Origin: Acidimicrobiia bacterium
GTDB taxonomy: Bacteria; Actinomycetota; Acidimicrobiia; Spongiisociales; ZC4RG35
Direction of reading: 5' to 3'
DNA: 64,000 bases
Assembly (NCBI GenBank): GCA_035292605.1
Contig: DATDPT010000069.1
Span: 56,599 to 120,598 of the forward strand
This document shows positions 1 through 9,000 of the stretch, piece after piece. The translations under genes were made by a program, and so were the position numbers. Below the pieces are notes generated by a model that was given only the letters and a program-made list of their open reading frames with translations, was not told where the DNA came from and searched no databases. The stretch's first letter is position 1, and every line of letters starts with the position of its first letter.

Positions 1-229
1 CTGTCCGTTCCAAGCACCAACCATCGGTTTTCGAAGTCCCCTCGAGACATCCCGCGCCCATTGTCACGAATCACGAGGATTCTCTGTTCGCGAATCAGAT
101 CAGCTGTCACCTTTGTCGCGTAGGCATCGTGTGCGTTCTTGAACAGCTCGCTGATGGCAGTCGGAACACCTGCGATTTGTTGCCGGCCGAGCATGTCGAC
201 GGCACGGGCGCTCGTCTTGAACTGTGCCA

Positions 230-1309
230 CTAGGCAACCCTTCCGAGAATGGGACCTCTTGAGACAGTCGACCTACGGGCAAGGTGGCCAACCAGATGCC
301 GGCCGAGAGCTTCTGCGAGCAGCACGGGCACCGCGTTACCGATTTGCCGCGCCATCGACGCCATATTGCCAACGAACTCGAACTCAGCCGGGAACGTCTG
401 AAGACAAGCGGCCTCGCGGATGCTGATGGCTCGATCCTGTTCAGGATGACCGAACCGACCGTTGGAGTAGCTGACACAGCGGGTCGTGAGGCCTGTTGCG
501 GGCGCGTCCCATGACATGCGTCCGTACACATCGGTATGGCCGTCGTAGGTGCCGGAATGGCAGTCGAGCCAGAGGTGACTCGCCCAGTCACGGCGATCTC
601 CGCCCTCTGGAGTCGCGCGAATCCGCTCGAGGTTCTTCTGTGACAAGGCATGGGCACGGTGGTTCTTCACATCAGCGTGAAAATCGCCGGCAGCGATCGG
701 CGGGAGATCCCTTATCCAGTCTCGGACCGTTGAATATGGCTGGGCTCCCGGACCGTGTGTGGGCTCCGGAAATCCTGGTGCTCCATACGCTGAGGCGAGC
801 ACAACAAGTCGAGCCCGACGCTGCGGGACACCATACTGTCGGGCTTCTATCGTCCTCACCTCATACTCGTAGCCGAATTCATCGAGGTCGGCCAGGAAGT
901 CAGCCAACGGTCCTTCGCCGTCGTCGAACGTCTGAAGACCCGGAACATTCTCGATGAGAACCACGTCCGGTTGAATCCCCTGTACGAAACGACCGAGCTG
1001 CCGGAGCAGCGGAACTCGATCATCTTTCGGCCGAGGCGTCGTGCGTTGCTTCGAGAATGGCTGGCAGGGTGCGCATGCCGAAAGAATCACACGATCCACT
1101 GAATCGACCCGAAACTCCGCCAACACGAGATCAACGCCTAGTTGTCGGACATCGGCGCGAATGAATTGTGCGCCGGGAAAGTTCAATTGATAGGTCGCAG
1201 CAGCGTCCGAGTCGTTGTCGATTCCGCCCAGAACAACCATGCCCGCCTGACGCAAACCCAGGCTGGTGCCGCCGCAACCCGAGAAGAGATCAACTACACC
1301 AATTCTCAT
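230..1309 (-). CDS. dcm: DNA cytosine-5 methyltransferase
   Basis: C5-MTase motifs in translation: FSGCGG (motif I), PCQPFS (catalytic PC, motif IV), ENV (VI), QRR (VIII), GNAV (X). The likely start is the internal Met (MRIGVVDLFSGCGG). Confidence 0.9.
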   Translation of the reverse strand: MRIGVVDLFSGCGGTSLGLRQAGMVVLGGIDNDSDAAATYQLNFPGAQFIRADVRQLGVDLVLAEFRVDSVDRVILSACAPCQPFSKQRTTPRPKDDRVPLLRQLGRFVQGIQPDVVLIENVPGLQTFDDGEGPLADFLADLDEFGYEYEVRTIEARQYGVPQRRARLVVLASAYGAPGFPEPTHGPGAQPYSTVRDWIRDLPPIAAGDFHADVKNHRAHALSQKNLERIRATPEGGDRRDWASHLWLDCHSGTYDGHTDVYGRMSWDAPATGLTTRCVSYSNGRFGHPEQDRAISIREAACLQTFPAEFEFVGNMASMARQIGNAVPVLLAEALGRHLVGHLARRSTVSRGPILGRVA

Positions 1310-1397
1310 GAGCCTGCCGCGCCCTTTCACACACTTTGATTGATCTCAATCAGCTGGATGCCCCAAGGACGTTGTGCGCGAGCCCCGAGCCACCGAG

Positions 1398-1829
1398 TCA
1401 CTGTCGGCGACCTCGCACCGTCCGTTCGACCCTATCGGCTGCAGCAGACAGATCCTCGTGCTCCCAAATCCGAAGTACCTCCCACCCAGCCGTGGCGAGT
1501 TCCATGCCTTGCCGCCGATCTCGTTCGACATTTGCGTCGAGCTTCGCGAGCCACCACCTACGATTCGCCTTGGGAAGCGAGTGGTGTTGCGGGCATTTGT
1601 GCCAGAAACAACCATCTACAAACACCGCGACTTTCTCCGATGGAAACACCACGTCGGGACGAAGACGCGGCACGTCGGGGACTTTTGCGTGGAGACGGAA
1701 TCTCAGCCCCAGCCGATGGAGGATCCGTCGCAGCTCGATCTCGATGCCGGTATCTCGCTCGCGCTGCCGTCGCATACGGCTCGAGACGATGGGCGACGAC
1801 GGTTCCACACGATGGGCCGGCACGTTCAC
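1398..1829 (-). CDS. vsr: Very short patch repair endonuclease
   Basis: 143 aa with the FVDGCFWH signature and the conserved Vsr N-terminal block, adjacent to dcm on the same strand. Confidence 0.85.
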   Translation of the reverse strand: MNVPAHRVEPSSPIVSSRMRRQRERDTGIEIELRRILHRLGLRFRLHAKVPDVPRLRPDVVFPSEKVAVFVDGCFWHKCPQHHSLPKANRRWWLAKLDANVERDRRQGMELATAGWEVLRIWEHEDLSAAADRVERTVRGRRQ

Positions 1830-1934
1830 CTGATCCGAGCTTGGCGATCGGCATTGGGCTCGCAGTCTGAATCCCAGGGATGCGACCCGAGAAACGTGTG
1901 CAGGTCGGTCTCACTCAGATTTGCGCAGGTCAGC

Positions 1935-2189
1935 TCATGAGGCATTGTCTGACCTCTTCGGACGCGCTGCTCTACGATCGACCCAATCGAGGACCTCGGA
2001 GCGCAACCACAGACGTGGGCGACCACGCCCGAGATCGAGAACGGGCCTCGGCATGTCGTCGTACCGGTGCTGGTAGGTACTCACGCTGTTCGTATGCGAG
2101 AGGCCCAGGATCTCAGCCACCTCACGAGCGTCAATGAGATCCAGCGTGTCGACCTTAGGCATGGGTGTTGAGTCTAGAGGTGTCGACAA
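1935..2189 (-). CDS. Helix-turn-helix DNA-binding protein (AlpA/excisionase-like)
   Basis: 84 aa with ...LIDAREVAEILGLSHTNSVSTY..., typical of HTH_17/excisionase-family small regulators. Confidence 0.55.
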   Translation of the reverse strand: MSTPLDSTPMPKVDTLDLIDAREVAEILGLSHTNSVSTYQHRYDDMPRPVLDLGRGRPRLWLRSEVLDWVDRRAARPKRSDNAS

Positions 2190-2274
2190 GGTCGGTCCAG
2201 TATGGGGAGTCTATATCTATAGACAGGACTCGGCCGTTCGGCAACACCTCGAGAACTTGGATCGCAGTCGCGCA

Positions 2275-3033
2275 TTACTCGATCGCGAGCCGGATCGTGT
2301 CAACCTGATCCTGCATCGAGGGGGTGAGCGACCCAATGAGTTGTTGGAGTTCTTCCAACCGACGCACAGTGGCGGTCTGGTGCCAGCCGCAGAGGCCGTC
2401 GTATCGATATATCCCGGCTCGGCCCTCGGTGAGCTTGGGGCCGACCGGCTGGCTGACGGGATGCTCGATGGTCAGCCGGAGCTGGTCCATAGCGGGCGGC
2501 TGGAAAACCAGGAGGCCCGTAGGAGTAAGCCCGATTGGTGCACCGAGGCGGAGTCGCCAGTGCCCCGCGATGGCGTAGGCGGCGGACGGGTGGTCTTCAT
2601 GGATGAGCCGGCCAGGTTCGAGCCACCGCCCGCCGGTGGGTAGATAGTAGATAGGGATCTCGGCGTGAGCGGGGATGATGCTCCCGGTGGGTACAGGTGG
2701 CTCGGTGGCGATGGTTCTGGTTGGTCGCGCGATCCGCGAAGCCGAGTCGGATAGCTCATCGACCAGTCCGTGCGACTCGAGTGACTGCAACTCAGCAAGC
2801 CCGCTCTCTTCGATCCGACCAAGAACGGTGACCTCCGGGAATGGGTCGATCGGGAACTGCCGTGCTTCCACCAGCTCCCCTAGCGCGGGCCGGTACTGGA
2901 GCGTGTAGCCCTGGTCAGGCCAGCGGCCGACGACCTCGATGGTCTCGCCCGACAGGGCAGGTCGTGCCTGCTCATAGTGACCCCAGCCGTCGAAGTGGAG
3001 CGGGGCCCCAGTCCAGCTCGGCTCGCATGGCAT
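2275..3033 (-). CDS. Hypothetical protein
   Basis: 252-aa ORF co-oriented with the neighbouring operon; no recognisable motif. Confidence 0.4.
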   Translation of the reverse strand: MPCEPSWTGAPLHFDGWGHYEQARPALSGETIEVVGRWPDQGYTLQYRPALGELVEARQFPIDPFPEVTVLGRIEESGLAELQSLESHGLVDELSDSASRIARPTRTIATEPPVPTGSIIPAHAEIPIYYLPTGGRWLEPGRLIHEDHPSAAYAIAGHWRLRLGAPIGLTPTGLLVFQPPAMDQLRLTIEHPVSQPVGPKLTEGRAGIYRYDGLCGWHQTATVRRLEELQQLIGSLTPSMQDQVDTIRLAIE

Positions 3034-3084
3034 CGGCGTAAGCGCGCTCCGAGTCCGTCCACCCAGCCTCGGCCGGCTCCGTCA

Positions 3085-3351
3085 TCAGGATGCATTGACC
3101 CGCCGCAGGACGGCCAGGTAGTGGACCTTGTCGGTGATACCAGTAGCTGCGACGCGGCCTCCAGGGCTGATCCAGCCGGTGGTGAGCGGTGCGGCGGTGA
3201 TCTGGTCGATCTCCCATCCTTTTGCGGCGAGGCCGTTGATCTTGTCGATCACTTCTTCGCCGACGGGTGGCGTCGTCTCGCCGAGGCGGCCGCCGGCGGT
3301 GCTGGTGGCGCTGCCTTCCCACCACAAGTAGGTGTATTCGAAGGTGGTCAT
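3085..3351 (-). CDS. Hypothetical small protein
   Basis: Internal Met (MTTFEYTYLWW...) preceded by GGAGAAGAC, with a 4-nt overlap with the upstream T4CP stop. The long N-terminal extension in the ORF track is rejected. Confidence 0.45.
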   Translation of the reverse strand: MTTFEYTYLWWEGSATSTAGGRLGETTPPVGEEVIDKINGLAAKGWEIDQITAAPLTTGWISPGGRVAATGITDKVHYLAVLRRVNAS

Positions 3352-4715
3352 GTCTTCTCCTTTCTCTGTCGTGACGTGAGCGCAAACCGAGGAGGCTCGG
3401 GAGCCCTGGGGGCATCGAGCCAGCCGCCGAGGTGCCGCCACTGGGACTCTCGGTAGTAGGGGCGGAGCCGCACCTTGGCGGGTGGGGTGTTGTCGTGGAT
3501 GAGCACGGCGTGGCCAGCCGGGAGGGTGCGCAGCTCGCTGACGGGAGCGAGACGTTCCCACCTATGGGTCTCCGAGGTCGACGGCCCGTAGGAACCCTCA
3601 CTGACTGTCGTACTCACCGCCTGGCGCTCTCCGGCGAGATTGGAGAAGACCTCCAACAGCTCCGGGTCGGCCATCCCTGGGAGGAGCACACGGGCGACAT
3701 GGTTGTTGAGGATGGAGCGGGCGTTGTCCCGCCCCCACCGGCGGACAACCTGTCCGTAGTCCTGGAAGATGGTGACCAGCTGCACGTCCCGGGAGCGGAG
3801 GGTGGCGGCGTACTGGGGCAGCTTGGTCAGGGGTGCCGAGTTGGCGGCCTCGTCCAGCAGCAACAGCAGTGGCTTGTCGGCCCGGCGTCCCTGTTGCACG
3901 CGTTCCCCCACCCGGACCACAAGGGCGTCTATCAGCCCGACGAAAATCGGGCGGAGCTCGTCTTGGACGTCTTCGGTTCCGACGATGTAGAGGGTGTCGT
4001 CCGAGTCGAGGAGACTGTCGAAGTCGATGCCCGGCTGCTGGCGAGTGGACTGGACTCCAGCGCGGGTGGAGAAAACCTTGAGCGCTACCCGGGCGGTGGT
4101 GCAGAACGACAGCATGGTTTCCGCTGCGGTACCGACGGTGGCACCGCGCAAGGTGCGAGCCGCGATCTGGGCGTCATGGTCGTGCGCTCCGTCCAGTGTG
4201 GCGAGGGCCGTTCCGAAAGCGACTGTATGACCACCATCGAGAGAGGAGGTCCGAGAGCTCCGGGGGTCGGAGAGCCAGCCCATCATGTCCTCGATGCTTC
4301 GGCCACCGATTGCGGCGGCATGAAGCAGCGGACCCAAGAGGTCGGAGGCGGCCGACTGCCAAAAGTCGCCCTGGGTGACCGACATCAGGTCCGACAGCGA
4401 CACGAGATGGTGGGCGAGCCGGGTGGCCTTCTGAAAGTCAATGCATTGAGGCACCGGGTTCCAGCCGATGTGAACGGCACCGCCGACCGACCCGGTTGGG
4501 TCGTACACCCACGCCATCCGGTCGTGGCTCGACCGAACCGTGAGGGTGGTGTGGAGGATCTCGGAGGTGACCGAGCACACCACCGCCGGTCCGTCCCATT
4601 CCAGGACGTTTGGGATGGCGAAGGCCGAGGTCTTACCCGACCCGGGTGGACCGAACACCACAACCGATTCACGTTGCCGGGCGGCCACTAGTCGGCCTCC
4701 CATCCGGCCGATCAC
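3348..4715 (-). CDS. Type IV coupling protein (VirD4/TraG-like) ATPase domain
   Basis: Walker A VVFGPPGSGKTS, VYDPTGS (DPKGE-like), Walker B LLLLLDEAANS, IFQDYGQ. The GTG/ATG start is preceded by the strong RBS GGAGAGGAAGGA. The upstream part of the ORF-track frame is non-coding-like. Confidence 0.8.
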   Translation of the reverse strand: MIGRMGGRLVAARQRESVVVFGPPGSGKTSAFAIPNVLEWDGPAVVCSVTSEILHTTLTVRSSHDRMAWVYDPTGSVGGAVHIGWNPVPQCIDFQKATRLAHHLVSLSDLMSVTQGDFWQSAASDLLGPLLHAAAIGGRSIEDMMGWLSDPRSSRTSSLDGGHTVAFGTALATLDGAHDHDAQIAARTLRGATVGTAAETMLSFCTTARVALKVFSTRAGVQSTRQQPGIDFDSLLDSDDTLYIVGTEDVQDELRPIFVGLIDALVVRVGERVQQGRRADKPLLLLLDEAANSAPLTKLPQYAATLRSRDVQLVTIFQDYGQVVRRWGRDNARSILNNHVARVLLPGMADPELLEVFSNLAGERQAVSTTVSEGSYGPSTSETHRWERLAPVSELRTLPAGHAVLIHDNTPPAKVRLRPYYRESQWRHLGGWLDAPRAPEPPRFALTSRQRKEKT

Positions 4716-4740
4716 GATCCTTCCTCTCCGGGAGTGTGGT

Positions 4741-5163
4741 TCACGCCGCATCGGACGGCTCCTCCGCCTCGGCATGCGGCAGGTGCTGGTCGGACACGAG
4801 AAGGCCAGCCCTGCGCAGGTCGATCGTGGTGGCCCATTGCGCTCCCTCCTCGGCCAACCGCCCGAGCTTGAACAGCTTCCAAACCAACGGAGCGAATCCG
4901 GCCACCAGCACCACAGCAACGGCCCAGACCAGCCAGCTCGAGATGGACGGCTCCCAGGCACCACCCACGTCAGGGAAGGAGCGCAACAACGCGGCGACCC
5001 CCTCACCCCCGGTTCCGGGGAGTGAGGAACCGAGGATCGAACCGACCAGGATGCCGCTCCCCCACAACACGGCAACGCCTGCCAGACAGACGAGGGCCAG
5101 GGCGACGCCGGCTGTCTCGAGAGGAGATCGCCCGAGTCCGCCTCCATAGGGTCTACCGGTCAC
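4741..5163 (-). CDS. Membrane protein, probable N-terminal transmembrane module of the coupling protein (separate ORF)
   Basis: Different frame from the ATPase ORF. It has two hydrophobic helices (AGVALALVCLAGVAVLW..., WLVWAVAVVLVAGFAPLVW) and high GC3 in this frame. The GTG start is preceded by GGGAGG and the stop lies ~25 nt upstream of the ATPase-domain start. Confidence 0.5.
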   Translation of the reverse strand: MTGRPYGGGLGRSPLETAGVALALVCLAGVAVLWGSGILVGSILGSSLPGTGGEGVAALLRSFPDVGGAWEPSISSWLVWAVAVVLVAGFAPLVWKLFKLGRLAEEGAQWATTIDLRRAGLLVSDQHLPHAEAEEPSDAA

Positions 5164-6322
5164 GGCGGCCTCCCATGGCAGCGTTGGTGTCGATGAGTGG
5201 CCTCTCGATGTCGGTGACGATGTGCTCGACGACGGTGGACCGCCCACCGACCCTCCACAGCGCCTGGCCTGGAATGAGTCGCTGCACCACGGCGATCTCC
5301 TCCGGGGTAAGTCCGATCAGCTCACCGAGCGCGGCAGCCTGGTCGGGGGGTTGGCGGTACACGATGCGGGTTTCGGAGTCGGCCAGCAGCCCGTTGGCGA
5401 TGGCCCGGGTGTCCTCGTCGATGGAGCGGAGGTCGCCGAGGTGTTGGAGGACGGCGATGTAAGAGGCACCGTGCTCTCGGCTCATCTTGAAGGCGTACTT
5501 GGCCCACTCGGCAGTGGCGCGATCGGTGAGCAGCCTCCAGAACTCGTCCATCACCACCACCTTGGGTCGCAGACGGTCGGACCCCCACAGCCCGGTGATC
5601 CAGCCGGTGACGGCCACCATCAGCACTCGGAGGGTGTCGTCGTCGTGGCCGGAGAGGTCGACAAGGAGGTACGGGGTCGATGCGTCGACGGTCACCGTCG
5701 AGTCGCCGAACATCATCCGACCCGCGTGCGAAGAGGAGAGGGTGTGGAACCCGGCCACGAGATCGCGAACGTCACGGTCGGTGATAACCAGTGGGCTGGG
5801 CAGGTCCCCCGGGGAGGCGAGCCGTTCGGCGAGCTCCTCCAGGTTGCGCGCACCGTCGACGGCGGTTGCTGCGGTGACGGCGGCGGATTCGACCGGTGTG
5901 AGGGACCGGTTGAGAGCGGCCGAGGCCAGGGCGATGCCCATCCGTCCCCGGTCGCCGTGACTCAGCCCGTGGAATGGGTTGATCACTACTCGCCCCGGAC
6001 GGACCGGGTCCACCCCGAAGTAGGCGGCAAGGGGGAGACCTTCCCCCTTGGGATCGATGTGGCGGATCAGGTACCCGTGGGCGGCCATACGCACCGCCAG
6101 GCTCTTGACGAGAGTGGACTTACCTGAGCCCTTCGACCCGAGGACGAGCATCACCGGGTCGGTGACGATCCCCTGTTGGTAGGCCTGGAACGGGTCGAAG
6201 CAGAACGCCGACCCGGTATGGACGTCGAACCCGACCGGCACCCGGATCAGGCCTAGGGGACTGGGCGACTCCCAGGGGATGGCGCCCCGCAGATGGGCGG
6301 TGGTGGTGTTCACGCTGATCAT
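5153..6322 (-). CDS. VirB4/TrbE-like conjugative ATPase, C-terminal ATPase part
   Basis: Walker A LVLGSKGSGKSTL, IDPKGEG, Walker B VVVMDEFWRLL. An internal Met gives an ATGA overlap with the upstream gene. Confidence 0.8.
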   Translation of the reverse strand: MISVNTTTAHLRGAIPWESPSPLGLIRVPVGFDVHTGSAFCFDPFQAYQQGIVTDPVMLVLGSKGSGKSTLVKSLAVRMAAHGYLIRHIDPKGEGLPLAAYFGVDPVRPGRVVINPFHGLSHGDRGRMGIALASAALNRSLTPVESAAVTAATAVDGARNLEELAERLASPGDLPSPLVITDRDVRDLVAGFHTLSSSHAGRMMFGDSTVTVDASTPYLLVDLSGHDDDTLRVLMVAVTGWITGLWGSDRLRPKVVVMDEFWRLLTDRATAEWAKYAFKMSREHGASYIAVLQHLGDLRSIDEDTRAIANGLLADSETRIVYRQPPDQAAALGELIGLTPEEIAVVQRLIPGQALWRVGGRSTVVEHIVTDIERPLIDTNAAMGGRRDR

Positions 6323-7689
6323 CCGTCGACTCCTTTGTCGAGGCCCCGGCACAGGGGCAGCACCCAGGAGAGAGCGCGGAGCTGGCTTCCGCCGAGGACG
6401 GCGACCCGGCAGGAGCCGGCTACCGCGTTGGAGCGGACCGTCCCGCTGAGATCCTCAACCTCCTCCTCAGCCATCCCCGAGACTGCTACGGTTGCCAAAA
6501 GGCGGACCGGGACGTGTCCCTCGTTGAGTTCCCGTAGCTGACGGTCGAGCGAGTCCAGCTCTGCCTGCTTGCGATGGCGGCTCGCCTTGGCGGTCTCCAC
6601 CGCTGCCTGCGCCCGCCGGTAGGCCCAATCCAAGGAACGTTGGTGCGGCTCCGGATCGGCAGGGGCGATGAGGATGCTGACCACCCGGTTGCCTGCACCG
6701 GTGAGAAGCGGCGCCAGGAAACCGGAAGCCATCGGTCGCTGCGGCCACTGCCACAGCCACAGCAGCCGGTGCACGGTGTCGCCGACCGCCACGGTGTTCC
6801 ACTTCTCCTCTACACGGGATGGCTCAGGAAGATCACCAAGATCCGATGGCTGAGCCTCTCCGACACTCAGGACTTTGTGGAGGAGAGCGGTCCAATCGGC
6901 CGGAGCGAGAATCTCGGCCCGCAGCTGCTCGGGTGGCAGTTGGGCACCCAGGTGCTGCAGGGTGGAATGGAGGAGCCGCCCCACGGCTGCCTCCCCTCCT
7001 CTCCTCACCGTCCCCCTGGCGGCCGCGAGACCGAGCCGGACCACGAGGACGGTTTCTGTGTGGCGAACGTGAGTTGCGAGGTAGTAGGCCACTTCCTTCA
7101 AGACCTCGAGCCCGGGACCGTCGGCGGAGTCGGCGTCGCTAAGAAGGTGGTCGCCTCCGCCGTTCCTGCTTACGGTGAGAACTTGAAGACGGTCGACTGA
7201 TTCTGTGGGAATGGAGGTCACCACTCGAGCCCAGTCCTCGGCCGCCACCTCCCGGTCGGCTCTGCTCTGCAGCCAGGGGTCGCGGGTCGGGGACACCCTC
7301 ATGGCCGCCAGATACCTGCTGCGGTCCTTGACCACCCCCATCAACCCGTGCGGCAGCTCGCATCCGGTCACCTCCATCCCGGACAGCCACCTGGGTGGCG
7401 GACCACCATCCGAAGCGGTCCACTGTCTCCATCCCAGCCAGCCGCCCGCTAGATAGCGGAGGCCTAGGCCAACCCGGGTCCACGCCGGCGTCCCGGTCGG
7501 GTCGCGAAGGGTCAGCCCGCCAAGCACTGCAACGAGGACCAGAGCCGGGCCTCCCATCCCCGCCACCAGCATCAGGGCTGAGCACACCAGTCCGAGGACC
7601 GTCACCGAAGCCTGAGCCCATGAGTAGACGCGGAACGGCCCGCGTGGACCCCACTTGGGAAAGACGTGACCCCGCGGTTCCTCTGTCAT
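6319..7689 (-). CDS. VirB3/VirB4 N-terminal-like membrane-associated protein (SCO6880-like)
   Basis: 456 aa with N-terminal TM helices, directly upstream of and overlapping the VirB4-like ATPase part. The combined length of ~850 aa matches VirB4. Confidence 0.5.
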   Translation of the reverse strand: MTEEPRGHVFPKWGPRGPFRVYSWAQASVTVLGLVCSALMLVAGMGGPALVLVAVLGGLTLRDPTGTPAWTRVGLGLRYLAGGWLGWRQWTASDGGPPPRWLSGMEVTGCELPHGLMGVVKDRSRYLAAMRVSPTRDPWLQSRADREVAAEDWARVVTSIPTESVDRLQVLTVSRNGGGDHLLSDADSADGPGLEVLKEVAYYLATHVRHTETVLVVRLGLAAARGTVRRGGEAAVGRLLHSTLQHLGAQLPPEQLRAEILAPADWTALLHKVLSVGEAQPSDLGDLPEPSRVEEKWNTVAVGDTVHRLLWLWQWPQRPMASGFLAPLLTGAGNRVVSILIAPADPEPHQRSLDWAYRRAQAAVETAKASRHRKQAELDSLDRQLRELNEGHVPVRLLATVAVSGMAEEEVEDLSGTVRSNAVAGSCRVAVLGGSQLRALSWVLPLCRGLDKGVDG

Positions 7690-8696
7690 CGTGGTCCTCC
7701 CGGTGGAGCGGGCGGAGGGCGGCCTGCCGGAGAGATCGGCACCGCACCAGTCGAGCCAGCCGCCCCGCCGCCGCCTCCTGCCGCTCCTCCCACAGCGCCG
7801 AGACTCCGCGCGGCGAACACCACCGTGGTGGCCACCCCGACGCCCTTCAGCGCGACCCCGCCCAGCCCGCTGCTCAGACGGCCAGCCATCACGTCACCCA
7901 CCTGGGGCACGAACTTGAACATGAACGAAGGCACAAGTGCAGCGGCCAGAAAGGCCAGCAGGCCCATGGCCAACGCCTGCAGGTCCAGGAAGCCTTGGGC
8001 GGGGTCGATGCCCGATCCCACCATCACCCACGACAGCGACAACATGAAGCCGATCACCGGCTTCACCAGGATCAACACCACCAGCAGACTCAGCCAGGTG
8101 GTTGCCCACGATGAGGCGGCGGGCCACAACCTGGTGGCCAGCATTGCGGGGCCGACCAACACCGACAGCGCCACCCCCAGGTTGCGCATCAGCATCATCG
8201 CCCACACCAGCAGCGCCCCGATCATCGCTACCAGCGACAGCACCCCAACCAGCGGCATGAACTGCGGCTGCGCCACCAGAAAGGCCGCGTTGGGCAGACT
8301 GTTGAACGCCGACTGGAGAGATGCCACCGCAGCCTCGTCGATCACCCAGGCGGTGAGCGCGTCGGTGGCGGCCAGCAGTATCCCGGCGGCGGGGGCGATC
8401 ACCAGCATCGCGGCCCCGACCAGTGGACCCTCCACAAAGGCGAGTCGAGCAACCGCACCGGGATGGCCCTGCACCCCGGCCTGGATGACCCCAAGGAGGA
8501 TCATCAGCGGGAGCACGTAGCGGCCGACGGCCACGCCTTGGCGGATCATCGCCTGCATGGCCGTCGCCTCCAGCGCTCCGTCCGGGGAGTCGAGAATCCA
8601 ACCGATGATCATTCCGATCATCGCCGCAGTGGTCTCGATCACCCACCCGATCACCTGGCCCGCCAGCTCAGCCAGGAAGCTGCCCACGAAACCCAT
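7686..8696 (-). CDS. Polytopic membrane protein (VirB6/TrbL-like) with Pro/Gly-rich C-terminus
   Basis: At least six hydrophobic helices, in-operon position after the VirB4-like genes, PPPAPPGGP tail. Confidence 0.5.
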   Translation of the reverse strand: MGFVGSFLAELAGQVIGWVIETTAAMIGMIIGWILDSPDGALEATAMQAMIRQGVAVGRYVLPLMILLGVIQAGVQGHPGAVARLAFVEGPLVGAAMLVIAPAAGILLAATDALTAWVIDEAAVASLQSAFNSLPNAAFLVAQPQFMPLVGVLSLVAMIGALLVWAMMLMRNLGVALSVLVGPAMLATRLWPAASSWATTWLSLLVVLILVKPVIGFMLSLSWVMVGSGIDPAQGFLDLQALAMGLLAFLAAALVPSFMFKFVPQVGDVMAGRLSSGLGGVALKGVGVATTVVFAARSLGAVGGAAGGGGGAAGSTGAVPISPAGRPPPAPPGGPR

Positions 8697-8703
8697 ATTG
8701 GTC

Positions 8704-8988
8704 CTAGATCTCTGGGACGATCGCCAAGATCGTGTTGATGGACAGGCCGATGAAGAACACGATCAGCCCGGTGAGGATCCCCGCCTTCGCCCGGGACACG
8801 TTCTGGTAGTTGGAGGTGTTGGCCGAGAATCCCCAAACCAGCGCCGACACCAGGACTGTCAGCCCTCCTGCCCACAGGGTCCCGTACCGGACCCAGGACA
8901 AGATCTGGCCGAGTGTTCCCGCCAGCTCCGGCGGCGCAGTGGGAGCAGGCACCTCCACCTGCGCCAGAACTCCGAGCAAGTGCATCAC
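8704..8988 (-). CDS. Small two-TM membrane protein (pilin/VirB2-like candidate)
   Basis: 94 aa with two hydrophobic segments, inside the transfer operon. Confidence 0.4.
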   Translation of the reverse strand: MMHLLGVLAQVEVPAPTAPPELAGTLGQILSWVRYGTLWAGGLTVLVSALVWGFSANTSNYQNVSRAKAGILTGLIVFFIGLSINTILAIVPEI

Positions 8989-9000
8989 TGTCCCTTTCTC

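Noticed and set aside
100-657. 185-aa minus-strand ORF
   Set aside because: Out-of-frame overlap with the dcm gene, whose motif order is intact.
3432-4691. 419-aa plus-strand ORF
   Set aside because: Antisense to the coupling-protein ATPase gene. Low-complexity Gly/Val/Arg-rich translation typical of high-GC antisense frames, with no motif.
5222-6127. 301-aa plus-strand ORF
   Set aside because: Antisense to the VirB4-like ATPase gene, which has clear Walker motifs; a GC artefact.
7894-8646. 250-aa minus-strand ORF and the 7666..8520 plus-strand ORF
   Set aside because: Alternative frames or antisense of the VirB6-like membrane protein gene, with Arg/Gly/Pro-rich junk composition.
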